A stretch of 64,000 bases of DNA, from NCBI GenBank assembly GCA_964406095.1, contig CAYOQJ010000057.1, positions 1,342 through 65,341 on the forward strand, written 5' to 3'. The position numbers and the translations under genes were made by a program. Every line of letters starts with the position of its first letter. Positions within the stretch are counted from its first letter, which is position 1. Positions 1 to 8,666 of the stretch are shown here, in pieces. The notes beneath the pieces are model-generated. The model was not told the origin of the DNA. It was given only the letters and a program-made list of their open reading frames with translations, and made no database searches. The DNA is from an uncultured Lentisphaeraceae bacterium. Lineage in GTDB: Bacteria > Verrucomicrobiota > Kiritimatiellia > RFP12 > UBA1067.

Positions 1-471
1 CTTTTCCTTGAGAATCTCAATTGCCGCACACAATTCACGTTCGAGTTTTTTACGGTGGCTAATATCATAAGATATCTTGAAGTAGTGACTGATTTCACCT
101 TTTTCGTTAAGGATTGGCGTTATTGAGGTCTGCTCCCAGAAACGTCCGCCATCTTTCCGGCATCCTTCACTTTCGCCGCTCCAGCTTTTACCGAGCAGGA
201 TATCCTGCCAGACAGATTCAATTGTGTTGTGACAGCACTCAGCGCACGTCAGTATGGAGACATTTTTTTCTTTCAACTCCGTCAATTCATAGCCGGTCAG
301 ATCGGTGAACTTCCGGTTGACATATTCGATCTGTCCGTCGGCGTTCAGCAGCATGACCGGCATGGGGCCGTCGATTATCGCACTGACGATCAAGCCTGCC
401 GAGGCCGCATCCATTTTCAAGAACCCCGGTATTTTATCTTTTATATCTGAAATGGTTTTGTTTTGTTTCAT
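1..471 (-). CDS. PAS-domain sensor protein, N-terminal part (the gene runs off the window edge; the output domain is not visible)
   Basis: Absent from the ORF track because it is truncated by the window edge. The reverse complement of 1-471 reads from ATG (469-471) as MKQNKTISDIKDKIPGFLKMDAASAGLIVSAIIDGPMPVMLLNADGQIEYVNRKFTDLTGYELTELKEKN...CRKDGGRFWEQTSITPILNEKGEISHYFKISYDISHRKKLERELCAAIEILKEK with no stop. This is a PAS-fold pattern followed by a coiled-coil linker. It starts 12 nt after the stop of the upstream TPR gene. Confidence 0.7.
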   Translation of the reverse strand, partial: MKQNKTISDIKDKIPGFLKMDAASAGLIVSAIIDGPMPVMLLNADGQIEYVNRKFTDLTGYELTELKEKNVSILTCAECCHNTIESVWQDILLGKSWSGESEGCRKDGGRFWEQTSITPILNEKGEISHYFKISYDISHRKKLERELCAAIEILKEK

Positions 472-483
472 TTCAACCTTGGT

Positions 484-3400
484 TTAAAACTTGCGGGTCA
501 CGCCGATCATACCCTGTAGCCGTTCATAGCTGGGGCTTTGAGCCCAGCGGAGTTCACTGAGCAGCTCGATATTACGGGTTAAAGTCAATGTTCCGCGTCC
601 GCGCGCGCTCCACACGAAATCCCAGCTGGTATCACGCTCCTTTGCATAACCGGCTTCGGCACTTACAAACCCTCTGAGACGCTGCCATTCGCCGCGCAGG
701 GTTGCATGCAACATGTGCTGCTGCAACTCTTCGGGGGCCCAGTATTCCGGAGGATCGCGATCGCTGTCGGCCACGCGAAAACGCCAGCCTACGCCGAGAT
801 AGGGCCACTCATTCACACGATACAGCAGACGTCCATCCAGCAGGGTTGTATCGTTGTCGTCATTGCGCATAATCTGCATTATGTCGGCGTACAGATCGAA
901 AATGTCGATCAGACGCGAGTATGTTGAAAGGCGGTATGTATCCGCATGGATATCACGACGCAGTGCTTCGACGGTTTCGATTTCATCGCGTGTGAAAGAG
1001 GGTATGATATAGCCGCTGAGCAGTGGATTCGGCAAGCGCAGCGCAACGGAACCTCCGATCAAATCATCGACATCATCCATATCCAGCAGCCACAATGACC
1101 CTGTGAACCAGGTCTGAGGCGCTAGATAGGCCAGAGTGCGCAATCCGTAGCGGGTGCCGTATTCACTGCCGATATCATCGGTGCTCCAGCGGTTGCGATC
1201 CGCCAGTATTCCGAGACGGATACGTTCGCTGACAAACATGTCGGCGTTACCGCCATATTTGAAGTAATCACGATCTTCATTATCCTGCCATCCTGTGAGA
1301 TAAAGGGTGATCTGTGATCGACGTTGCTCACGTACCCGTTCCAGTGCAGCGGGGATCATGGTGTTTTCCGGGTCCAGTTGCTGTGCGCTCAGCAGTTTTG
1401 CCCGTGCGGTTGGCAGGTCGCCCTGCATATAGGCATTCATGCCCCAGTTGAAGTTGACCTCAGTCGGATCGGCGCCATGTTTTTCAGCCTGCTGGAAAGC
1501 GGCATGGGCATCCTCGTGCTGTCCGTTCCAATAAAGCGCCCGTGCACGCTCCAGCCAGTTCAGAGCCAGGGGATGATGGTTTGTCAGATACTTGGCAAGC
1601 TGATCGGTGCTCCACTGCGGCGGCACGCTACGGGCTGGTATACGCAGAGGATTGTAGTGTTCTGATTTGATCAGAAAACCACAACTGTCAAAATAGACTG
1701 CATGTGTAAAACTATGTGCGACACTGCTGTGCAGCAGATTGAAGCTGTTCGTGTTCATATCAAGTGAAAGCTGACCGTAATCACCGCCGGGGTAAATCAG
1801 CACACGTTCGTCCCGGTTCTGCAGCATTTGGGATGCGCGTTTTAACTCTGCATCAATCCGGTTGCGGTACTCACTCTCTGTTTCGCTGTCCATCCCGGTA
1901 TGCAAAGGATGGGTTAAGGGGTTGCCCAGAATCGACTCTTTATGATCGACCCGTTGCCGTCGGCCGCCGGGTATGCCGCCGCAGGCTGGTTGCCAGCGTT
2001 TGCTTGAGAGGATAGCACGGGCGGCGGCACTCAGCGGTTTGCCTTCGAGTGTCAGCTCAGGCATGATTGTATTACCGGCATAGAGCACAGCGGCGTGGTG
2101 CTCGCGCAAAACGGGGTCGATGGCTTCTATCACCCGGGTAGAGGGATCGATCAGAACCATCATGACACGCAGTTGATCTTCTCCGGATGCGTCAATCTGT
2201 GTGAAGCGGTTGACAAAGGTGTAACCTTGTTCGGCGAGGTACTGTATGTGCTGATTGATTTGTTTCACGGAGTTACGTCCTGCATACGGTGTTCCATCGG
2301 GTGAGTTATAAACCAGGATCGGCGTAACACCCTGTTGCAGAGTATCATTTTCTTTACGCAGGATTTTGAGAGCCTGGCGGTATTTCTGTTGCTCGGCCAG
2401 TGAGTTGGCGTAGTGGCGCCATACTTCGGCGTTATGCAGTTGAATCAATGTTCTGCGGTGAGCGAGTTCAACAGCCTGCTCGACAGCCGCTGATTGTGTG
2501 GCCGCGATGCGCAGTGCCTTCAAGGATGGAACAAAGTACGGATTACGTGCGAGCAGCTCGCTGTGGAACTGAATGAGCTCATTGGTGGCAGCCATGTTCT
2601 CCAGCATCCGTCCGGCCAGCAGAGTCATCGGAACATGGCCCGGATCCTGAATCAGAAACTTACGTGCTGCAGTGAGAGTTGATTGAGCGTCAAGGCCAAT
2701 TTGTTCCCGGCTTTCGGCAAATACTCTGAGCAGAGTCCGGGATTCTTTCAGCTTGAGACCCTGATCGGCCCATTCGGCAGCCCGGCGATAATTTCCGCAA
2801 GCTGAAGCGGTTTCGGCAAGTGCTTCAAACAGTCGGTAATTCTGGATGCTTTCAGTTGCTTTCAGCAGAACTTCAATCGCCTGGTCGGGTTTGTCAAGTT
2901 TAACCAGAGTGCTTGCGGTACTGATGGTATAATAGGTTGATTCGGGATTTTCGCGTTGCAGTACTCTCCACTCTTGCAGTGCCAGGCGGTGATCACCCTG
3001 GGCGGTCAAAAGTTCAGCCAGGTAGGAGCGCAGAGTGGTTTCACCCGCCGTGACACGTTTGGCGAACCACTGTGTCTGCAGCTTTGCATCAGCGACTCTG
3101 TTTTGATTCAGGAGCGATATGAAGAGAAGCTTGCGCAGGGCAGGTTGATCAGGATTGAGAACAATGCTCTTCTGCATCAGATCAGTGGCTGCGGCGTGAT
3201 CACCATTGCGGTCGGCGCGGATGCCCTGGATGCCCTTGATGACCGATGGATCAGAGGCACGTTTTTCAAAGGAGTTTATCCATTTCAAAGGAGTTTTTTC
3301 TTCAACCTTCTCGGCCAGCAGCACCGCCCATATCCAGCAACTGTGGTCGGGGTCGCGTGCGAGCAGTTCACGATAGATGCGCAATGCCCGGGTATAATCT

Positions 3401-4773
3401 TCGCCGAGACGCAGTTTCGTTGCCGCGACTTCCAGAATCTCAGCGATCTGCCGGGTGTAGGGCTCGACGGAATTCAGTTTCACTTCAAGTTGTGCCAACA
3501 AATCCGGAGTATCTGTTTCGCTGGCATTCATTCGGAGTGTTTGCAATGCCAGCTCGGCATTTTCAGTTGAGCATTTATCCGGCGCAGAGAGCAGTGGTGA
3601 GAGATACTGGCGCAGTTCACCGAATTTTCCGTTTCGAGCGCGGACGTAAGCCAGGTTTACGCCGACAGAGGGTGTTCGGTTACCGTTTTGCCAGATGTAA
3701 TCAAGTATGGGCAGAGCAGCTTTGACCCTTTTGTGGCGAACCAGCGCGATCGCCAGTTCGGCCGGGGAGCTCTGCGGATCAGTTTTGCGCATGAATTTCA
3801 CAGCTTGTTCACTTTGATTCTCTTCTCCCAGTCGTGCGATAACCTGAAAGATCACCTTTTCGCGTTCATCCACACCGTCGTGTACAGCCTGCTTCAGGTG
3901 TTTCACGGCCGTTGCACGCTGCGAATCCTCCCACAACAACCAGCCCAGATCGCGTCGTACGGCGTGGTCATCCGGACGTTGTTTTAAAACATTACGGTAG
4001 GCCACGATCGCTTGTGCACCGTTACCGCCTTTCTGATAGAGCAGGCCCAGAGTACGCCAGGCCGCAGCATCCGCTGGCTGATCCGCCACAATACGACGCA
4101 GTGCTTCAATGGCATCTTCTTCCCGCCCCAGCCGCGTCAATGCGTCAGCTAATCCGCGCCACGAAGCTGTATCGGAGGCATCAATTGCGACTGCGCGTTG
4201 CAAAGAGACGACCGCGCTGTCAAAATTTCGCATGGATGATTGCAGTGCTCCGAGTTCACGCCAGACTGTGCGGTTTTTCGGTTTCAGTTGCACAATTTTT
4301 CTGTAGGCCTCTTCAGCTGCGACATACTTTTGTTCCTCCACCAGCCAGGTGGCCAGATCGCGCCAAGCTGAAGTCTCTTCCGGTTTGAGGTTGAGATAGT
4401 TCCGCAGTGCATCAACTGCCTGTTCGTGTTGACCGCACTGTCGGAGAGCAAGGGCAAGCCCACGCCAGGCGGTCTCATCCTTCGCGTTCATTTCGATCGT
4501 CCGTCTGAAGGCTTTGACCGACTCCTCCGCTTTGCCGCTGCGGTAGAGAGTTACGCCCAGCTGACACCAGGCGGGGGGATGCGCCGGATCCAGCTCAATC
4601 GCTTTTTCAGCGTGCTGCAGAGCTTGGCCGATTTTGTCGTCGGCTAGCGCGCTCTGCGAATTTCTGAGCAACTGAGCCACGCTGACTGCCTCCTGGCCGT
4701 TCGCAATCCCGGTGAACGATCCGATTGCGATTTTAAACAATAGAGTGCATATTAAAGTTTTATATATTTTCAT
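484..4773 (-). CDS. Giant secreted TPR-repeat / NodB-fold (CE4-like, degenerate) / C-terminal beta-barrel protein; putative exopolysaccharide export scaffold (PgaA/BcsC-like role)
   Basis: Taken from the 1486-aa ORF. I place the start at the internal ATG 4771-4773 (MKIYKTLICTLLFKIAIGSFTGIANG, a signal peptide), because the longer ORF overlaps the upstream gene. ORF residues about 85-870 are TPR-like repeats (AWxxLG, A.....AL..P patterns). Residues about 872-1110 resemble a polysaccharide deacetylase fold (VTPILVYN...YLAEQGYTF...RVLIYPGGDYG...HSFTHAVYFD). Residues about 1210-1486 alternate hydrophobic and polar positions and end in ...GVTRKF, a terminal Phe typical of outer-membrane barrels. 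Confidence 0.6.
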   Translation of the reverse strand: MKIYKTLICTLLFKIAIGSFTGIANGQEAVSVAQLLRNSQSALADDKIGQALQHAEKAIELDPAHPPAWCQLGVTLYRSGKAEESVKAFRRTIEMNAKDETAWRGLALALRQCGQHEQAVDALRNYLNLKPEETSAWRDLATWLVEEQKYVAAEEAYRKIVQLKPKNRTVWRELGALQSSMRNFDSAVVSLQRAVAIDASDTASWRGLADALTRLGREEDAIEALRRIVADQPADAAAWRTLGLLYQKGGNGAQAIVAYRNVLKQRPDDHAVRRDLGWLLWEDSQRATAVKHLKQAVHDGVDEREKVIFQVIARLGEENQSEQAVKFMRKTDPQSSPAELAIALVRHKRVKAALPILDYIWQNGNRTPSVGVNLAYVRARNGKFGELRQYLSPLLSAPDKCSTENAELALQTLRMNASETDTPDLLAQLEVKLNSVEPYTRQIAEILEVAATKLRLGEDYTRALRIYRELLARDPDHSCWIWAVLLAEKVEEKTPLKWINSFEKRASDPSVIKGIQGIRADRNGDHAAATDLMQKSIVLNPDQPALRKLLFISLLNQNRVADAKLQTQWFAKRVTAGETTLRSYLAELLTAQGDHRLALQEWRVLQRENPESTYYTISTASTLVKLDKPDQAIEVLLKATESIQNYRLFEALAETASACGNYRRAAEWADQGLKLKESRTLLRVFAESREQIGLDAQSTLTAARKFLIQDPGHVPMTLLAGRMLENMAATNELIQFHSELLARNPYFVPSLKALRIAATQSAAVEQAVELAHRRTLIQLHNAEVWRHYANSLAEQQKYRQALKILRKENDTLQQGVTPILVYNSPDGTPYAGRNSVKQINQHIQYLAEQGYTFVNRFTQIDASGEDQLRVMMVLIDPSTRVIEAIDPVLREHHAAVLYAGNTIMPELTLEGKPLSAAARAILSSKRWQPACGGIPGGRRQRVDHKESILGNPLTHPLHTGMDSETESEYRNRIDAELKRASQMLQNRDERVLIYPGGDYGQLSLDMNTNSFNLLHSSVAHSFTHAVYFDSCGFLIKSEHYNPLRIPARSVPPQWSTDQLAKYLTNHHPLALNWLERARALYWNGQHEDAHAAFQQAEKHGADPTEVNFNWGMNAYMQGDLPTARAKLLSAQQLDPENTMIPAALERVREQRRSQITLYLTGWQDNEDRDYFKYGGNADMFVSERIRLGILADRNRWSTDDIGSEYGTRYGLRTLAYLAPQTWFTGSLWLLDMDDVDDLIGGSVALRLPNPLLSGYIIPSFTRDEIETVEALRRDIHADTYRLSTYSRLIDIFDLYADIMQIMRNDDNDTTLLDGRLLYRVNEWPYLGVGWRFRVADSDRDPPEYWAPEELQQHMLHATLRGEWQRLRGFVSAEAGYAKERDTSWDFVWSARGRGTLTLTRNIELLSELRWAQSPSYERLQGMIGVTRKF

Positions 4774-4786
4774 TGTGTAAATCCTT

Positions 4787-6745
4787 TCATTTCGTGGAAA
4801 CCGAATCAATCCGTTGGATAGACCTTGGCGCTGATGAGCCTGAATTTTCAATAGATTCAATCTGAGCCAGCCGGTAGGCTGGCACCGTGCGCAACAGAGT
4901 GTTGAGCACAAATTCCGTTTTCCTGGTGTCACCATTGATAACAATTACTTCATCGCGATATTGATTAGCGGTCAAAGCACCCCACTCCATTGCCTGGGCA
5001 GGATTCAGCAGGTGAAAAACACGGTAGCCGCGGGTGCGCAGCTCGTCTGCGATTTCCGGTAATACTCCTTCGAGCATTACGGCAGGAAGCAGCATTTTCA
5101 GATCGCGTTGCTGGAGCATCTCATCAATTTCGGCAATCCACCGCACTCCAGCCGGGCTGCTTACATCGTTTCCACCGCTCAGCAGCGGATATGTATGGAT
5201 GCCTCTGACTGATGCATAGAGCAGGGTTTGTTCATCGACTCTGGAGAGTTCCGGTTTTTCGGCGGCTTTGAACCACTCCGGCACTATCGCCTGCAGTTCC
5301 TCTGGTCCGGCGGCTTTGATCTGATCCGGATGATCGGTAATCAACCAGCGTTCTGTGAGGGGTCGGGCACTGAAATCACCAGCTTCCACCACGCCTTGCT
5401 GAGCACCGATGCCCACTCGACCGCGCTGTGTGGCGGCAGAAAGCGGCAGGTTCGCAGCTATCTGATTTCCGTCCAGCCACAGCCAGGCACGATTGTTACG
5501 TATAAGCAAATGCAGTTGATACCCGCCAGATTGTTGATCTGATGGTGTGGCACGCTTACGATAGAGGGTGATCACACGATTGTCTGAACACTCCTGTACA
5601 GCTACTTCGTCATCTCTCAGAGTTACACGCAGCCAGGAGCGCGGCGACGAGGCGCGCGCGTAGAGGGATGCGATAGTTTTTTCAGTGCCCTGCATACGAA
5701 CAGTCACCTCGCAGTCGCGCCAGTTTTCAGTACCTCGTAACCAGGCGGACGCATCGCTGTTGAGATGCAACTTGTTCCGGAGTATTTCGGCGTCGCCCTC
5801 AAATCTCCACTCCGCTACGGAACCGATTGATTTCATGGCAGTAGTGCGTGGTCGGTTTGAACTCAATTCCAGCAGCAGCTGTTCGGGAGTCCAGTTGCCG
5901 GGAACACGCAGCCTGGTCAGTGTCCAGGGGTCGCTACCGGGAGCGTTGAACGCATTGGAACTTCCGATGAAAGCCAGATCAAAGTGACGTACTACAGCTT
6001 CACGATTTACCGCTTCGGCGAGTGTGTCCGCATGCACACTCTGTCCCGCATCGGCAAATGGATAGAGATAGAGCGCAACCGGGGCGGCGGATGCCTCCCT
6101 GAGCAGGCAGGCTGAGCGTTTATAGTCAGCATCGATCCGTTCGCGGAATGCCTGTGTGGTTTCAAGTTGTCCATCTGCGTACAGTATCCGCTGCGTCAGA
6201 AAGCTCCGCTTCTCCTCCGGTGCGATACTCTCCGTCGCTGTGATTGCCCGGTGTCCCATGCTGCCGATCCGCCACTGGGGCAGTTTGGTTATTCTGGCGA
6301 TATCTTTTTTGCGCATGTAAAAACTGCCCCATTTGCTCATGACAGAGGTCGGTACTGCCAGAACAGCGGTGAAACCGGTGCGCTGGAGAATCGGAGTAGC
6401 CCGGATGAAGGCCTCTTTGCGTCCGCCTTCAAATACAATCAGGAGTGCCTTCTCCGGTAGCGGGGAACGTTCATCCAGCCAGGCTCGTATATCTTCCGGA
6501 TGTACCGACTGGTAGCCGGCCTGGCGTAGGGCAGTCAACTGGAGTTCAAGTTGTTTTGCGGAGGGATAAACAGAATTACTCCTGCGTGTTATGCCGGGGT
6601 AGGATATCACAGTTACTCCATTCCAATTGCGCCAGTCAGCCGGATTGTAAGCCGGCTGGGGTGTCGGTCGTAAAATAATAAACAATACAAATGCGGCCAG
6701 AGTTGTCACAATCAACCATTGGACAACAAGCAGTAATTTTCTCAT
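4787..6745 (-). CDS. Membrane-anchored NodB-fold (polysaccharide deacetylase-like, motif-degenerate) protein with a central jelly-roll (DUF1080/LamG-like) domain
   Basis: 652 aa with an N-terminal TM helix (LLLVVQWLIVTTLAAFVLFII). A CE4-like pattern follows: VTVISYPGI...QLELQLTALRQAGYQSVHPEDI...LPEKALLIVFEGGRKEAFIRATPILQRTGFTAVLAV ... ALYLYPFADAG. The central region GYQLHLLIRNNRAWLWLDGNQIA...GRVGIGAQ looks like a jelly roll. Confidence 0.5.
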   Translation of the reverse strand: MRKLLLVVQWLIVTTLAAFVLFIILRPTPQPAYNPADWRNWNGVTVISYPGITRRSNSVYPSAKQLELQLTALRQAGYQSVHPEDIRAWLDERSPLPEKALLIVFEGGRKEAFIRATPILQRTGFTAVLAVPTSVMSKWGSFYMRKKDIARITKLPQWRIGSMGHRAITATESIAPEEKRSFLTQRILYADGQLETTQAFRERIDADYKRSACLLREASAAPVALYLYPFADAGQSVHADTLAEAVNREAVVRHFDLAFIGSSNAFNAPGSDPWTLTRLRVPGNWTPEQLLLELSSNRPRTTAMKSIGSVAEWRFEGDAEILRNKLHLNSDASAWLRGTENWRDCEVTVRMQGTEKTIASLYARASSPRSWLRVTLRDDEVAVQECSDNRVITLYRKRATPSDQQSGGYQLHLLIRNNRAWLWLDGNQIAANLPLSAATQRGRVGIGAQQGVVEAGDFSARPLTERWLITDHPDQIKAAGPEELQAIVPEWFKAAEKPELSRVDEQTLLYASVRGIHTYPLLSGGNDVSSPAGVRWIAEIDEMLQQRDLKMLLPAVMLEGVLPEIADELRTRGYRVFHLLNPAQAMEWGALTANQYRDEVIVINGDTRKTEFVLNTLLRTVPAYRLAQIESIENSGSSAPRSIQRIDSVSTK

Positions 6746-6756
6746 ATCAGGCCTCC

Positions 6757-8394
6757 TTATTTACGGGTTACCCATGCGTTATGCCAGCAGGTCAGAACAG
6801 CCCAGGGGGTTTGCCACACCAAAATGAACATGTAATAAAAGCAGAATAGCGTTCCGTAAAACCAAAGACGTGAGCGTCGGTAGAGCAGATATGTGCTGCT
6901 CATCAGGGCACTCATCAGGATTATGCCTACGATATACATCAGCGGTGAGGTGCGCTGCACTAGAGGTATGTATATCAGGGCGCGCACAACAATAGCTGGT
7001 CCCATCAACGGCAGAATGAATCCGAGATAGAATGAGAGTGCCATCAGCGGTTCTTTGCGCCACATGAAGGTTGATGCAATCAGGCTCTCTCGGAACCATG
7101 AACGCTTCCAGCGCATCTGCTGTTTGAGAAATTCGCCATGCTTTTCAGGCACCATGGTGGTGACGCGGGCTTTGGATTCATAAACCACCTTGCAGTTGCG
7201 TCGCAACAGACTGTTGGTCAGAGAGCGGTCATCACCGAAGGTGGCTGCCGTGCCCAGAAATCTTTGATTCAACCACTCCGGCAATATGGTCTGCAGCACC
7301 TCCGCGCGATAGGCTGAGATCGGACCGGAGAGACAGGTTACACTGTTGAAAATACTCTCAGCGGCCTTCATCACCCGGAAGGCGATGAAATAGCGAACCG
7401 CCTGCATGCGGGTTAGCCTGTTCGTCCATATGTTTTCAACATCACAGTGCCCGGTCACAGCCGCTACCGCCGGATCAGAGAAGCGGTTCACCAGATTGCG
7501 CAACGCCGCAGGTTCCACAAAACTGTCAGAATCAATAAAAACAACGATTTCTCCGGTGGCCAGCGCGACACCGGTAGCCAGCGCATGACGCTTGCCAGCG
7601 TTTTTATCCAGCCCCAGAATCACAAGCTCAGGGTAGATTTTCTGTGCAGCCTTCATTTTCATCAGGGTGTCGTCGGTGCTACAGTCGTCAACGGCAATAA
7701 CCTGCAGACGCTCTCGCGGATAGTCTGACTCCATCAACTGGCGCAGTGTGCGTTCGATTTGTTCCTCTTCATTGCGCACCGGCACTACAACCGAGAGGGA
7801 GGGTAGTTCGGGTAACGGTTTGGAGTTGCTGTAGAATGCCGCGAAAAGAAAGCGGCTGAGTAGGTAACTGCCGACCAGCAGACTGTAAAGAAAGACCGGT
7901 ACATCAAACCAGAAATAGTAGAAATTTTCGTATTTTATCAACAGAACAGCACTTGCGCTGGCGATCAGTACCAAGACCGCCAGAGAGCGTAGATAACTCC
8001 AGGAACTCCTTCTGTAACGCTCAGCCAAATCCTGTTCAAAGGCCACTCCGATCAGCGAAGAATCATCATTACGATGACGTACCTGCGCGTTGGTGGCGAC
8101 AACCCCCTGGATGAATTCCTCAGGCATTGCACCCTCAGGTATGCGGAATTTCACCTTTAGACGCTTTTCCTCAGGTGGCACATCCGGTGCTTCGATCAGC
8201 AGCCCACCACTGGAAATGTCGTGCACCGTGGCACCGTACTCACGTGCGTTTTTGCCTTCGCCAACAAATATGCGTATCGGAAAATCTGCCAGAAAACGCG
8301 GCGATTCGCGACGGTCGGAGTAGTTTTCGCGTGACCTCGAACGCAACCTTCTTTCGGGTACCGGTTCAGGGTATTTCTGAGTCTCTTTTTTCAT
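6757..8394 (-). CDS. PilZ-domain-fused processive family-2 glycosyltransferase (HasA / NodC / chitin-synthase-like)
   Basis: 545 aa. N-terminal PilZ motifs RRESPR (RxxxR) and DISSGG (DxSxxG). GT2 core: VVVPVRNEE...VIAVDDCSTDDT...VVFIDSDS...CLSGPISAYR...FGDDRSLTN...QQMRWKRSWFRES (a QxxRW motif with the KSxFRE extension seen in HasA/NodC). Multiple TM helices flank the catalytic domain. Confidence 0.8.
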   Translation of the reverse strand: MKKETQKYPEPVPERRLRSRSRENYSDRRESPRFLADFPIRIFVGEGKNAREYGATVHDISSGGLLIEAPDVPPEEKRLKVKFRIPEGAMPEEFIQGVVATNAQVRHRNDDSSLIGVAFEQDLAERYRRSSWSYLRSLAVLVLIASASAVLLIKYENFYYFWFDVPVFLYSLLVGSYLLSRFLFAAFYSNSKPLPELPSLSVVVPVRNEEEQIERTLRQLMESDYPRERLQVIAVDDCSTDDTLMKMKAAQKIYPELVILGLDKNAGKRHALATGVALATGEIVVFIDSDSFVEPAALRNLVNRFSDPAVAAVTGHCDVENIWTNRLTRMQAVRYFIAFRVMKAAESIFNSVTCLSGPISAYRAEVLQTILPEWLNQRFLGTAATFGDDRSLTNSLLRRNCKVVYESKARVTTMVPEKHGEFLKQQMRWKRSWFRESLIASTFMWRKEPLMALSFYLGFILPLMGPAIVVRALIYIPLVQRTSPLMYIVGIILMSALMSSTYLLYRRSRLWFYGTLFCFYYMFILVWQTPWAVLTCWHNAWVTRK

Positions 8395-8533
8395 GCTTAT
8401 CGTTCCTTTCAGAAAAACCGCATTGCCTAATCTAATTACAATGTTTTCTCATTTACACCCATTTTCGCCTATAAAGTAGGACTTTGTCAATAATGAAAAA
8501 TAGTTATTTATTTGCGGCATAAATCCTTGTAAT

Positions 8534-8550
8534 ATATCACCTTGTGATAT
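8534..8550. repeat. Perfect 7-3-7 inverted repeat ATATCAC-CTT-GTGATAT in a divergent promoter region (operator candidate)
   Basis: Read directly from the sequence. It lies in the AT-rich 272-bp gap between the divergently transcribed PilZ-GT2 gene and the first sulfatase gene. Confidence 0.25.
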
Positions 8551-8666
8551 GAATGTAGTTTTTCCAGCTGTTTTTAAAGGTAAAAAATTCAGCAAGTTCT
8601 TGTTTTATCGGTTTCAAACTGCAAAAATGTCCGTAATTGGAACCAAGGTTAAACAAAGGTGGATTG

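Noticed and set aside
4774-4944. The N-terminal 57 residues of the 1486-aa ORF, which overlap the 3' end of the upstream gene.
   Set aside because: This segment (MLSMVTPGKRNLCSTLCCARCQ...) has no signal peptide. An ATG at 4773 gives a canonical signal peptide and removes the 158-nt overlap.
8395-8666. A c-di-GMP riboswitch (GEMM) in the 5' leader of the PilZ-GT2 gene.
   Set aside because: I saw no GEMM-like conserved core in either orientation. The region is simply AT-rich divergent promoter DNA with one short palindrome.
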